A DNA stretch of 64,000 nt, taken from NCBI GenBank assembly GCA_963736745.1, contig CAVTQD010000006.1:18898-82897 (forward strand), read 5' to 3'. The stretch is from an uncultured Verrucomicrobiae bacterium (GTDB lineage Bacteria; Verrucomicrobiota; Verrucomicrobiia; Chthoniobacterales; JAFAMB01). Positions 1 through 9,129 of this stretch are shown here, piece by piece. Position 1 is the first letter of the stretch. Each line of letters begins with the position of its first letter. The notes under the pieces were generated by a model. The model made no database searches. It was not told the DNA's origin and was given only the letters and a program-made list of their open reading frames with translations. Position numbers and translations under genes: made by a program.

Positions 1-1004
1 CGAACCTGTTCGGGAGTGGCCTTGGGCAGGAATTGTTGGATGTCAATGCCTCCGTGAAATGCGATCCGGCCGGCGAATTCCTGGGCAAGCCTTTCGGGAT
101 TCATGTTCTTAGCCGAAGGCTGAATCGGATTCAGAATGCTTAGTCCCATATCGATCAACCGGTTGACCAGCAGATAGACCGATCCGCAGCAGTGCATCAT
201 TGCGCGTTTGCCGCGGCTAACTGCGAGGTCGATAATCCGCTGGTGGAACGGCTGAAGGTACTGCCGGTACATCTCCGGGCTCACCAGAAGAGCATCTTGC
301 GATGCGACGTCGTCATAGAAGTAAACGATGTCAATCAGGTCCCCGGCAACATCGAGAACCCTCTTCAAGTTGTCGAGGTGGACTTCGGCGATACGTTCCA
401 TGATGTACAAGGGCAACGCTGGAGTGATGGCCAAATCGATCAGGAACTTCTCAAGGCCGACAAGTGACCACGCAGTTTCAAAAACTGATCCGACCCTGTA
501 ACGAATGTTGTAGGCCTCCGATTCATCGAAGGCTTGAATTGTTTCAGGGAGTCTACTGAAATTCCACCACTCTGTTGTCGGCCAACTATACTGTTTCAAA
601 TCTTCGAGGGTATTCGCGTCCTCGAGCGGAAAGGATGCCAACTCGTCCAGGATGCCAAAGGCATTAGCAACCCTTCTTCGGTGCGCTCCCCAGATATCGC
701 GATTGCTGCCATCAGATTCGACTCGCCGCCACATGCCGCCGACAGAAGATCGCTCCTGCGAGGCGCTCTGATCTATCTCAGCTTGTAAAACGCCTGGAGG
801 GGAACAGAAACTATCGTATGAAACAATACGACAGTCGACGTCGAGCCTTTTGAGAATCGCGTTGCGATCGTCAGTTCCGAAATGCTTCGCCAACTTCGTC
901 CATACTTCCGGGACCGCGGCGAAATCGCGCGGCGTCCGATCAGGTTTCTGAAAGGCGACGGCGTGGTTGACTCGATCTTTGTGTATGGTGCTCTTTTGGT
1001 TCAT
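1..1004 (-). CDS. Uroporphyrinogen decarboxylase (URO-D) family / MtaA-like methyltransferase; 3' end lies beyond the window
   Basis: Not in the ORF track because it runs off the left edge. My minus-strand translation from the ATG at 1004 reads MNQKSTIHKDRVNHAVAFQKPDRTPRDFAAVPEVW... It continues with ...MMHCCGSVYLLVNRLIDMGLSILNPIQPSAKNM...IAFHGGIDIQ, the URO-D/MtaA family pattern including an H-x-C-G zinc motif. Confidence 0.8.
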   Translation of the reverse strand, partial: MNQKSTIHKDRVNHAVAFQKPDRTPRDFAAVPEVWTKLAKHFGTDDRNAILKRLDVDCRIVSYDSFCSPPGVLQAEIDQSASQERSSVGGMWRRVESDGSNRDIWGAHRRRVANAFGILDELASFPLEDANTLEDLKQYSWPTTEWWNFSRLPETIQAFDESEAYNIRYRVGSVFETAWSLVGLEKFLIDLAITPALPLYIMERIAEVHLDNLKRVLDVAGDLIDIVYFYDDVASQDALLVSPEMYRQYLQPFHQRIIDLAVSRGKRAMMHCCGSVYLLVNRLIDMGLSILNPIQPSAKNMNPERLAQEFAGRIAFHGGIDIQQFLPKATPEQV

Positions 1005-1139
1005 CTGGACTTTTATTTCGCGTCAACCAAACACGCTTACGAGCTTATATCTGATTTTCACGCAATCAAGTTGATCGACCCAAGCAGGAGAAACGAATCG
1101 GCGGGCTCAGCGTACCGACCCGCCGATCCGTTTCCCAGA

Positions 1140-2543
1140 ATGATCCTGCTTTCTCTTTTGAGATTGCAAGATATGTTGCAGGACACCGCCAGCTGGTGTT
1201 TACCCCCCTCGCACGCAAATATGGATGTGGCGAATCTTTATCTCCCAAGTGAACAACCACGCGCCCGGTGGAACCGCTTGGATGCAGCCCAGATCCTTAA
1301 GCGATTCTTCTTTTGCGAGCGGGCAGTAATTGTCAGCGCGTCGAGTTGGATACCGCGCCTTGCACGGCTTGAGCTTAAACTGGAGATCCCCTTGCTCTGC
1401 TGGCAAAATGCCGAAACGGCGAATGCGTTACGCCAACGGGTCTTTGAGCTACGCTTTCCGAGCCGATTGATGGAGCATGAGGGCGCAGACAAACCCCTGG
1501 CCGATTTCCTGAATCTGCTCCGCCAGGCTCCTCTCGAACGAGCATTCGTCGAGGCCCTGGCAAATGTGGTGCTGCCGGCGCTGCGGGATGCTTATCGCGA
1601 ATTCCTCTCTTATTCTGATCCGTTGGCCGATGCCCCGACGTATCGATTCCTGGAACTTTCGGTTCGCGAGAAGGATCAGCAGATTGCGGATCTTCATCGG
1701 TATCTAATCGAAATGACGGCTGAAGGAATCGGAACCGAGGCAGTTAGCCGGGCATGGGTGAAAGATTTCGATGAGCAGTTGAAGGTGCTTGGAGGGATCG
1801 GAACCGACCGGGCTCCTGCCGATCGAGTCATTACGCCGCCGGTTGGCTCGCGGTCCTGGGACATCCCAGACACGCCGGCACGCGATTCGCGTTATTGGCC
1901 CTGCCGTTTCTATTGGCCAGATATTTTCGATTCAGATTTTCCGTATGGCAGCGGATTGCGATTGCAATTGCGCTCGGCAGTCAGTCACCTGAACGAGGTA
2001 TGGGCAGTGGAGCACGGCGGTATCATACTCAGCGGGTTTGCCGATGTTTTGCCGTGGGAATGGATCTATGATGCCGCGCGTTGGACCTACGATGAATCCC
2101 GCCATTGTTCGATGGGCAAGGTACGCTTTGATGCCTGGGGATTCGCGCCCGGGGAAATTCCGCTGGGATCGTATATCTACGAAAGCGCGAGCGGTAGTGA
2201 TCCGATCTACCGACTCGGAATGCTGTATTTCTTCGAGACCAAGAATATCGGTCGCAAACCCGAGCGGACGGCGGCTTTCAAGGAGATCGGCGATGCCGTC
2301 AGCGAACATGACATGGATTTTGATTGGGCTGACGAGACGATCCACGCGACCTACGGCAATCGCTGGCTCAAGTCGTTGCACGAGATCGATTCCGAGAAAT
2401 ATCCAGCTCCCAATCTAGTACGCCAGCGTTGCGAGGAACTGGTTCAATCCATGATTGCCAAGGCGTCGAACGAAGAAAAGCGAGCGATCACTGACCGCGC
2501 TAACGCCCTGATTCAACGCGCCAGCATTCTCGCGGCAAGGTAA
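1140..2543 (+). CDS. Ferritin-like (di-iron carboxylate type) domain protein, function unknown
   Basis: From ORF 882..2543. The first ~85 codons overlap the URO-D gene start on the other strand, so I moved the start to the ATG at 1140 (uncertain; 1173 is also possible). Repeated E..H-type segments (EVWAVEHGG, YDESRHCSMG, VSEHDMDFDWADETIHATYG) suggest a di-iron helical bundle. Confidence 0.55.
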   Translation: MILLSLLRLQDMLQDTASWCLPPSHANMDVANLYLPSEQPRARWNRLDAAQILKRFFFCERAVIVSASSWIPRLARLELKLEIPLLCWQNAETANALRQRVFELRFPSRLMEHEGADKPLADFLNLLRQAPLERAFVEALANVVLPALRDAYREFLSYSDPLADAPTYRFLELSVREKDQQIADLHRYLIEMTAEGIGTEAVSRAWVKDFDEQLKVLGGIGTDRAPADRVITPPVGSRSWDIPDTPARDSRYWPCRFYWPDIFDSDFPYGSGLRLQLRSAVSHLNEVWAVEHGGIILSGFADVLPWEWIYDAARWTYDESRHCSMGKVRFDAWGFAPGEIPLGSYIYESASGSDPIYRLGMLYFFETKNIGRKPERTAAFKEIGDAVSEHDMDFDWADETIHATYGNRWLKSLHEIDSEKYPAPNLVRQRCEELVQSMIAKASNEEKRAITDRANALIQRASILAAR

Positions 2544-2561
2544 GTACTCTCTCTTCGCCCC

Positions 2562-3587
2562 ATGACCCCTGAGGCCATTCCCAAAGACGCAAGCCAGTCG
2601 ACCGATTTAAAGGGACGAATCCGTTCACTAATTGCCGCCCGCGAGACCGGTGTATTGCTTGCTCTGCTGGTGATCTGTGTGTTCTTGACGTTCGCAACGG
2701 ACAGTTTCCTAACCGTCCGAAATCTCCTTAACGTCGGTCGCCAGATTTCGCTGCTAGGCATCATGGCAATTGGGATGACTTTCGTGTTGGTTTCCAGAGA
2801 GGTGGACCTTTCGGTCGGCTCGATTTATGCAATCAGCGGTCTCATCACCGGAATGCTGATCGTCAGAGGATTCACTCTGATCCCCGCGCTGAGTGTCGGC
2901 CTCGCGTTAGGAATCGCAATTGGCACCGTCAATGGCATCCTTTCTACCTACGGAAAACTTCCGTCGTTCATCGCAACTCTCGGTATGTTGAGCGTTGTCC
3001 GAGGTACCGCCCTGCTGATTACCGACGGTCAACCGGTGACGGTCGATACAACGCGGGGTGGTCGACCGGAGGTGGTAAATCAATTCTACGAGCTTGGACA
3101 GGGCCAGGTATTTGGCATTCCGATGCTCCTTGTTTGCTTTATCGCTGTGGCTGCCATTTTCTGGTTTGTTCTCGCGAAAACGACATTCGGGTTTCGCGTT
3201 TACGCAGTTGGTGGCAGCGAAAAGGCGGCCCGACTTTCGGGTATCCAGGTATTTCAGACGAAGATTTTCACTTTTGGGCTGATGGGTCTTCTGAGCGGGT
3301 TCGCCGGGATCCTCAGCCTGGCCTTCCTGCCGAGCGGTCAGGCCGGTCGTACCGGCGTCGGGCTCGAACTAGATGTGATTGCTGCAGCCATCGTCGGTGG
3401 AGCATCGCTTTCGGGTGGCGAAGGTACCATTCTCGGAACAGTATTTGGCGCGCTGATCATTGGGATTCTGCGGAATGGCCTTGTTCTCCTGAGCATCTCT
3501 CCATTTTGGCAAACCACCGTGATCGGACTCGTGATCATCTCCGCCGTCGGCCTTGATAAATGGACTGCCTTGCGGCGCAACCAATGA
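2562..3587 (+). CDS. rbsC: CUT2-family sugar ABC transporter permease (RbsC-like)
   Basis: 341-aa polytopic protein with typical ribose-type permease blocks (REVDLSVGSIYA, GKLPSFIATLGM, IAAAIVGGASLSGGEGT). It is the first gene of an operon that also has rbsK and rbsD. Confidence 0.85.
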   Translation: MTPEAIPKDASQSTDLKGRIRSLIAARETGVLLALLVICVFLTFATDSFLTVRNLLNVGRQISLLGIMAIGMTFVLVSREVDLSVGSIYAISGLITGMLIVRGFTLIPALSVGLALGIAIGTVNGILSTYGKLPSFIATLGMLSVVRGTALLITDGQPVTVDTTRGGRPEVVNQFYELGQGQVFGIPMLLVCFIAVAAIFWFVLAKTTFGFRVYAVGGSEKAARLSGIQVFQTKIFTFGLMGLLSGFAGILSLAFLPSGQAGRTGVGLELDVIAAAIVGGASLSGGEGTILGTVFGALIIGILRNGLVLLSISPFWQTTVIGLVIISAVGLDKWTALRRNQ

Positions 3588-3625
3588 CTTTTTCTTCAAA
3601 CTAACAATGCTCCATACCCCCCAAC

Positions 3626-4627
3626 ATGATCATCCACTCACTTCAGCACCGTACCAAATTCTTGGGCTTGATGTTTGCCGCATTTTTGCCGGTCATTGTC
3701 TCCGCCCAGGACAACAACTCGTTTACTCTCGCAAGCACGATCCAGGATCGGATGACGAAGGGCGAGAAGCCCATCATTCGTGTTTCCTACCACGACGTCT
3801 CAAATGAATTCGCGCCCTTTATCAGGAAGGGAGTCGAGAAGGCGGGTGCCGATTTTAACGTCGACGTGAAACTAGTGGGACCTGTCGGTGCGGATGCCGA
3901 GAAGCAGGTCTCTGAAATCGAAAGCCTGATTGAAAAAGGGGTCGACGGCCTCGCCATTTCGTCGGTGAGTACGGACGCGCTCGCCCCTGTCATCCAACGG
4001 GCAATGGCTCGCGGAATACCTGTCGTGACCTTCAACACCGACAATCCGACCAGCAAACGGCTCGCATTTGTCGGCCAGAACCTGGTTGAGTCAGGAAGGG
4101 TCGCCGGTAAGCTGCTCGCCGACACATTGGGAGGGAAAGGGAACGTGATTATCACGACGCTCGATGCCGCCGCGCAATGGTCTATCGATCGGGAGAAAGG
4201 CGCTCGCGAAGCTCTCGGACAGTATCCTGGCATCAAGATTCTCACAACAGTGACGACAGGAACCGAACCACAGCAGATCTACGGATCGGTGGAGAATGCG
4301 ATGCAAGCCCATCCGAACGTTGACGGGATTTTGTCTCTAGAGTGCTGCTCGACTCCCGCTGCCGGACAATATGTCCAACGAAATGGCTTGGTCGACAAAG
4401 TGAAGATCGTCGGCTTCGACATGCTCCCGGAGACGATCAAGCTGGTCCAGGGAGACGTTGTCGCGGCAACAATTGATCAAGTGCCCGAAAAACAAAGCTA
4501 CGACGCTGTGCGGCTTCTCTTGGACGTCCTCAAAGGGAAGAAAATCCAGGACGTCGATACCGGTGCAGGAGTTTACACTTCCAAAAATATCGGAGATTAC
4601 ATAGTGGCTTCGAAAGAACAAAAATAG
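3626..4627 (+). CDS. rbsB: Sugar ABC transporter periplasmic substrate-binding protein (RbsB-like)
   Basis: 333 aa with an N-terminal signal-like segment (FLGLMFAAFLPVIVSAQ) and periplasmic-binding-protein type I motifs (GVDGLAISSV, GIPVVTFNTD, KIVGFDMLPE). Confidence 0.85.
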   Translation: MIIHSLQHRTKFLGLMFAAFLPVIVSAQDNNSFTLASTIQDRMTKGEKPIIRVSYHDVSNEFAPFIRKGVEKAGADFNVDVKLVGPVGADAEKQVSEIESLIEKGVDGLAISSVSTDALAPVIQRAMARGIPVVTFNTDNPTSKRLAFVGQNLVESGRVAGKLLADTLGGKGNVIITTLDAAAQWSIDREKGAREALGQYPGIKILTTVTTGTEPQQIYGSVENAMQAHPNVDGILSLECCSTPAAGQYVQRNGLVDKVKIVGFDMLPETIKLVQGDVVAATIDQVPEKQSYDAVRLLLDVLKGKKIQDVDTGAGVYTSKNIGDYIVASKEQK

Positions 4628-4635
4628 TAATCGCC

Positions 4636-6187
4636 ATGGTTACGACGGCTCCAATGTGCGCCGCGAACGTTCAACCCGTAATCGCGCTCAAAGAAGTCTC
4701 CAAGCACTTTGGTGCCACCCAAGCGCTGGACAAAGTTTCTGTCGCGATTCGGCCCGGGGAAGTTCATGGTCTGGTTGGAGAAAATGGTGCGGGTAAGAGC
4801 ACGCTCATCAACATTCTTGGCGGTGAATTTCAGCCCGATGCGGGCGAAATCCTGCTTTACGGGGACCGGGTGCGCTGGAGAGATCCGCATCATGCGTCTG
4901 CCAATGGCATAAGCGTGGTTCACCAGGACCTATCGTTATGCCCGAATCTTACCGCGACAGAAAATATTGGGTTGGCTCGGGTTGCGGCTAACGCCGCTTG
5001 GCAGTTGGTAGATCGTTCGCGGATGCGGCATGATGCGCCAGGTTCTTGTCCAGCGTTTTGGGTTTCCGGAAGGCGATTTGGACAAACAGGTCCATCGGCT
5101 TTCTCTTGGCCGGCGACAACTCGTGGATATCGCCAAAGCTTTGGCGACGAACGTCAAAGTTTTGATCTTAGATGAGCCAAACTCAGCCCTGACTGCGGAC
5201 GATTCCGCTCGCTTGTTTCAAATTGTTCGCGACCTTCGTGACCAGGGTGTCGGGGTGGTTTATGTCTCGCATCGTCTCGAAGAAGTGTTGGCGCTGGCGG
5301 ACCGAATTACAGTTATGCGAGACGGGGCTGTCGTAGACGACGGTCCAAAGGATGCTTATTCGATCGAACAACTGATCCGCAAGATGGTGGGTCGAGAGAT
5401 TGATCACCTTTTTCATCGTCAGCCTGTGAAGTCGCCTGGCAGTCGCGAGGTCTTCGCCGTTCGCCTGCTGGGCGATCGGAAACTGCTCAAGGACATCTCG
5501 TTCTCCGTTAAACAAGGTGAGATTTTTGGCGTGGCCGGCCTGCCAGGTTCCGGGAAAGACGAGCTAGTCGATTGCCTAACCGGGCTGCGGGCATATCACG
5601 GGGCAGATCCTCATAGATGGAAAATCGCGGGCAATTCGGTCTCCAGAAGACCTGTTACGCAACGGAGTGGCGATCGTACCGTCGGATCGTCGGACGGCTG
5701 GCGCGTTCCAGGTTTTGAACTTGTTAGATAACATCGCAGCTGCAAATCTAAGAAATGCTCAGCCGTTTTGGCGTGCTTCGACCGAAACGCAATGCGAGCG
5801 CTAGCGAGCAAATATGTGGATCGGTTTCAGATAAAGACCGGCTCGCTGAATCAAAGGGTTGCAACGCTCAGCGGTGGTAATCAGCAAAAGGTGATCCTCG
5901 CCCGCAATTTCGCAACCGATCCGAAGGTTTTGCTTTTGCATGAACCAACTCGCGGCATTGATATCGGAGCAAAAGCCGAAATCTACCGAATCCTGAATGA
6001 ACTGGCGGGAGCCGGAATCTGCGTGTTGATCATTTCATCGGAATTGCCGGAACTAATCAGCCAGTGCGATCGAATTCTAACCATGCACGGCGGTCGAATC
6101 TCAGCGGAGTTCGAAAGAAGCGAGTTCCGCGAAGAACGAATCCTGGCTGCCGCGATGGGCCAGCAACCGGGAGTGGCACGGAACTAA
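4636..6187 (+). pseudogene. rbsA: Sugar ABC transporter ATP-binding protein (RbsA-like, two ABC domains), reading frame broken at least 3 times
   Basis: ORFs 4636..5175, 5030..5731 and 5768..6187 together give one two-domain ATPase (GENGAGKSTL ... LSLGRRQLVDIAKAL ... LSGGNQQKVILAR). Conserved sequence moves from frame 1 to 2 near 5030, from 2 to 0 near 5590 (ITGQILIDGKSRAIRSPEDLLRNGVAIVPSDRR is in the third frame), and back to 2 near 5770. Confidence 0.85.
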
Positions 6188-6204
6188 CGTCTCATGAACA
6201 TCTC

Positions 6205-7208
6205 ATGAAAAAACCAATCATCACGGTTGTCGGAAGTTTTGCCGTCGGAATGACGCTTCGCGCCGAGAGGATGCCTATCTTTGGAGAGACCTTGATGGCA
6301 TCTGAGTTCGATCTCGGACCGGGTGGCAAGGGATCAAATCAGGCAGTCGCTGCGGCCCGACTTGGGGCGAAGGCTCACTTTGTGGGACTGATTGGGGATG
6401 ATCCGCTTGGGAAGATCGCGCTGGACCTTTATGCGGTTGAAGGTGTTGACGCGAGTCATCTGGTCGTTTCAAAAAAGCTCCCGACTGGAGTAGGCTTTAT
6501 TATCGTCAATGCGGAAGGAAAGAACGGCATCTTGCTTGATATGGGCGCTAACAAGTGGATCGACCGTCCCTTTGTCGAACAAGCCGAACCGCTGATAGCC
6601 CAAAGTGACGTGGTTCTTTCTGTGTTGGAGATCCCGGTCAGGCAGCATGCACAGCCATGGAGCTAGGTCGAAAGCATGGGGTAATGACAGTGCTGAACCC
6701 GGCGCCGGCGATTGCTATACCCAAAGACGCGTTTCGTTCGATCGATTTACTGACGCCAAATGAAACAGAACTCAGAATCTTGCTTGGATTACAGCCGGAT
6801 GACGCAACCCCGACTGTCGATTTAGCTTCCCAGTTGCAACGCGAGTACGGGACAACCGTCATCGTAACCCGAGGCGAGCATGGCAGCCTGTTATTAACCA
6901 AGGAAGACCGTCGAGAATTTCCTGTTGTTCCGGTTAAGGTAGTGGACACAACCGGGGCGGGCGATGCTTTCACTGCGGCGTTGGCTGTCGCTCTGGCGGA
7001 AGGCAAGGACATTGCGACAGCCATCCGATTTGCCACTTGCAGCGGCGCCTTCGCCTGTACTCGCCTTGGAGTGATCCCGTCCTTGGGACACCGGCCAGAA
7101 ATCGACAATTATTCGACCAGCATTTTACCCACTAACATTCGACATGAAAAGACACGGCATTCTAAATCTGGGCCTCAACCAAGCAATCGCTGCAATGGGG
7201 CACGGTGA
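6205..7208 (+). pseudogene. rbsK: Ribokinase, frameshifted
   Basis: MKKPIITVVGSFAVGM...GGKGSNQAVAAARLG from the ATG at 6205 continues in another frame as ...AACTAMELGRKHGVMTVLNPAP...DTTGAGDAFTAALA. A one-base deletion near 6638-6641 (gtc-agg where gtc-cag would restore the frame) explains it. The 3' end is uncertain: a stop at about 7135 is reached in another frame. Confidence 0.85.
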
Positions 7209-7601
7209 TTACCTCATCGTTTGCGATGCAGGTTTTCCGATTCCGAGCGAGGTTTCTCGCATCGATCTGGCGGTGATTCCCGACCTACCGGACATCGAGA
7301 CGGTTCTCACCGCGATCAATCGCGAGTTCATCGCGGAAAAGGTCGCTTACGCTGCAGAGATGGCGCAAAATAATCCGCGTTTAAAAGAAAAGGTCGACCG
7401 CATCTTTGCTGGTGTTGAGTTAACGGCGTGCCGCATGCGGATATTCTTGGGCCGCTATCGCACAAAGCGAAGTTTATAGTTCGCACCGGAGCGTTCGATC
7501 CGTGGGGCAATATTCTATTGTATTCGGGCGTTGACGTGAAGCAATGGTTTACGAAGCCAGGAACGGTCGTGCCGGACTATTATCAGGCTCGGATGCAGTG
7601 A
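7144..7601 (+). pseudogene. rbsD: D-ribose pyranase RbsD, frameshifted
   Basis: MKRHGILNLGLNQAIAAMGHGDYLIVCDAGFPIP... switches frame near 7420 to ...VNGVPHADILGPLSHKAKFIVRTGAFDPWGNILLYSGVDV, ending at the TGA at 7599-7601. Confidence 0.8.
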
Positions 7602-7630
7602 GGAGTTTCCTACTCGATCACACGACGCTA

Positions 7631-8753
7631 TACTGAGCGTCATAAATAATTGCGCATTATCTGAAGTTTGCTAAGTTTGGAATATGCGCGCAAGGACGAT
7701 CGACGATGTCGAGGAAATGTTGTGGGTTTGCAAGATGAGATTCGGCGTTCTGAAGAAGCCCGCTATGACCACCGGTTGCACGGTGTTCTCTTGGTAGCGC
7801 AAGGAATGAGTGCACCACAGGTCGCGCAATTTCTTGGGGATGGCACACGCACGGTTGAATATTGGGTCAAGCGCTTCAATGAAGAAGGATTGTCGGGATT
7901 AGTTGAAGGAGAAAGACCCGGGAGGCCTGCACGGCTCTCGGAAGCCCAAGCTAGAGCAGATTGGGGTAATTCTGCAAGAGTGCACGGGCCCACGGCATGA
8001 CGGGAAATCTTTGGGATGGTAAGACGTTGGCTGAGTGGCTACGGCGTAACTGGACAGTGGAGTTGAGCGTTCGCCAGTGTCAGCGACTCTTCCGGCAGTT
8101 GGGCTTCCGTCAACGCAAACCGCGTCCACTCATCGCGCATGCTGATCCGCTTCTGCAACGGGCGCACAAAAAAACTTCGAAGGCTGGCCGTTCATCCGGA
8201 CGTGGACCTCTGGGCTCTAGATGAGGTTCACTTTCAGCAACACGGTTCCCGGTGCCGAATGTGGGTTCCGCCGGAGGTCAAAGAACCCGTCCTGTTGCAC
8301 GCGCCGACGCGCAAAAGCGTGGGCTATTTCGGAGCCGTAAGATTACGCGACGGAAGATTTATTTACGCTCGCGAAGAGGAAAAATTCAACGCTCAAAGCT
8401 GTTGGCAATTCTTGCGGCAGGTGCGTCGGAAGAGCCTTCGGAGCGGTAAACGAGTGGTCATCATTATTGACAATGCGAAGTATCATCACGCGCTCCTGCA
8501 TAAGGCTTGGAGAGAGGAGGCTATGCCTCAATTTGGGCTAGACTTTCTGCCGCCTTATAGTCCTGACCTCAATCCGATTGAGCGTGTCTGGAAACTGACG
8601 CGCCGACTTTGCCTACATAACGTTTACTTCCCAAAACTTGATCACGTACGCGAAACCGCAGAGCGACAGTTCGACCAATGGAACCGTGGAAGCACTGCAC
8701 TCAAAAAGCTGTGTGCAATCGTATAAATACGCAATTACTTATGTCGGCACGTA
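7631..8753 (+). mobile_element. IS630-family insertion sequence (about 1.12 kb) flanked by a TA target duplication
   Basis: Imperfect terminal inverted repeats: 7631-7658 tactgagcgtcataaataattgcgcatt versus the reverse complement of 8726-8753 tacgtgccgacataagtaattgcgtatt (21 of 28 identical by hand). TA is present at 7629-7630 and again at 8754-8755. It encloses a DDE transposase of IS630 type. Confidence 0.85.
7668..8726 (+). pseudogene. IS630-family transposase, three frame changes
   Basis: The HTH part (RLHGVLLVAQGMSAPQVAQFLGDGTRTVEYWVKRFNEEGLSGL) is in frame 0. LEQIGVILQECTGPRH is in frame 1. NLWDGKTLAEWLRRNWTVELSVRQCQRLFRQLGF is in frame 2. The DDE core (LWALDEVHFQQHG...IIIDNAKYHH...FLPPYSPDLNPIERVW) is back in frame 0. 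The shifts lie near 7950, near 8000, and in the A7 run at 8168-8174. Confidence 0.85.
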
Positions 8754-8774
8754 TAGTGCTAGTGTCCTGTCCCC

Positions 8775-9040
8775 GAATGGCGCGAAGATAAGCAGAATTT
8801 GGAGCGATCTATGCCCCGGAGGGGCTACAGGACTCAGCCCTGGGTTTCAACCCGGGAAGCATTCAATTAAAGCGGTTCGCCCTGAAGGGGCGTAAGATTT
8901 GCCTCGATCAATCCCACACCGCTCTCTATCTTGCGCCCTTACAGGGCGCGTCGCCAAGGGTGTTCCGTTTCCGTGGTTGAAACCTCCTGTCCCTTCGGGA
9001 CGAAGAATCATCCCAAACAGCCCTTATCTTCGCGCCATTC
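8775..9040. mobile_element. MITE-like non-autonomous element (266 bp) with perfect 18-bp terminal inverted repeats
   Basis: GAATGGCGCGAAGATAAG at 8775-8792 is the exact reverse complement of 9023-9040. The 11-mer GTCCTGTCCCC flanks it directly at 8764-8774 and, after one extra A, at 9042-9052. The interior is itself a long imperfect palindrome (for example gggtttcaacc versus ggttgaaacc, and cgccctgaaggggcg versus gcgcccttacagggcg). There is no coding capacity. Confidence 0.55.
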
Positions 9041-9041
9041 A

Positions 9042-9114
9042 GTCCTGTCCCCGTAATAACAGGCATATTGCCGACGGTCAGCTGGCTGTTTTTCAAGGCG
9101 CGAGCGAAGCGCCC
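9042..9114 (+). repeat. Copy A of a 59-bp intergenic repeat (plus a short conserved tail), left flank of the methyl-transfer island
   Basis: The 9042-9100 core gtcctgtccccgtaataacaggcatattgccgacggtcagctggctgtttttcaaggcg matches 17065-17123 at 52 of 59 positions (hand alignment, no gaps). The tail motif aagcgccc is at 9107-9114. The 5' end of this copy (ctagt-gtcctgtcccc, 8759-8774) was separated from it by the MITE insertion. Confidence 0.6.
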
Positions 9115-9129
9115 GGTTTGTCGATCACC

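Noticed and set aside
882-1139. The N-terminal 86 codons of ORF 882..2543
   Set aside because: This stretch overlaps the well-supported 5' end of the minus-strand URO-D-like gene (start at 1004) and has no family-like sequence. I moved the start downstream.
8168-8174. The A7 run in the IS630 transposase as a programmed ribosomal frameshift site
   Set aside because: The required shift here is +1 (frame 2 to 0), not the canonical -1 on A-AAA-AAA. Two further unrelated frame changes occur upstream with no slippery sequence. A simple extra A is the more economical explanation.
8800-9020. tRNA-like or small-RNA gene inside the MITE (gggtttcaacccggg and neighbouring stems)
   Set aside because: I could build no cloverleaf with a T-loop (GTTCRANNC) and D-loop. 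The stems are explained by the overall palindromic structure of the element.
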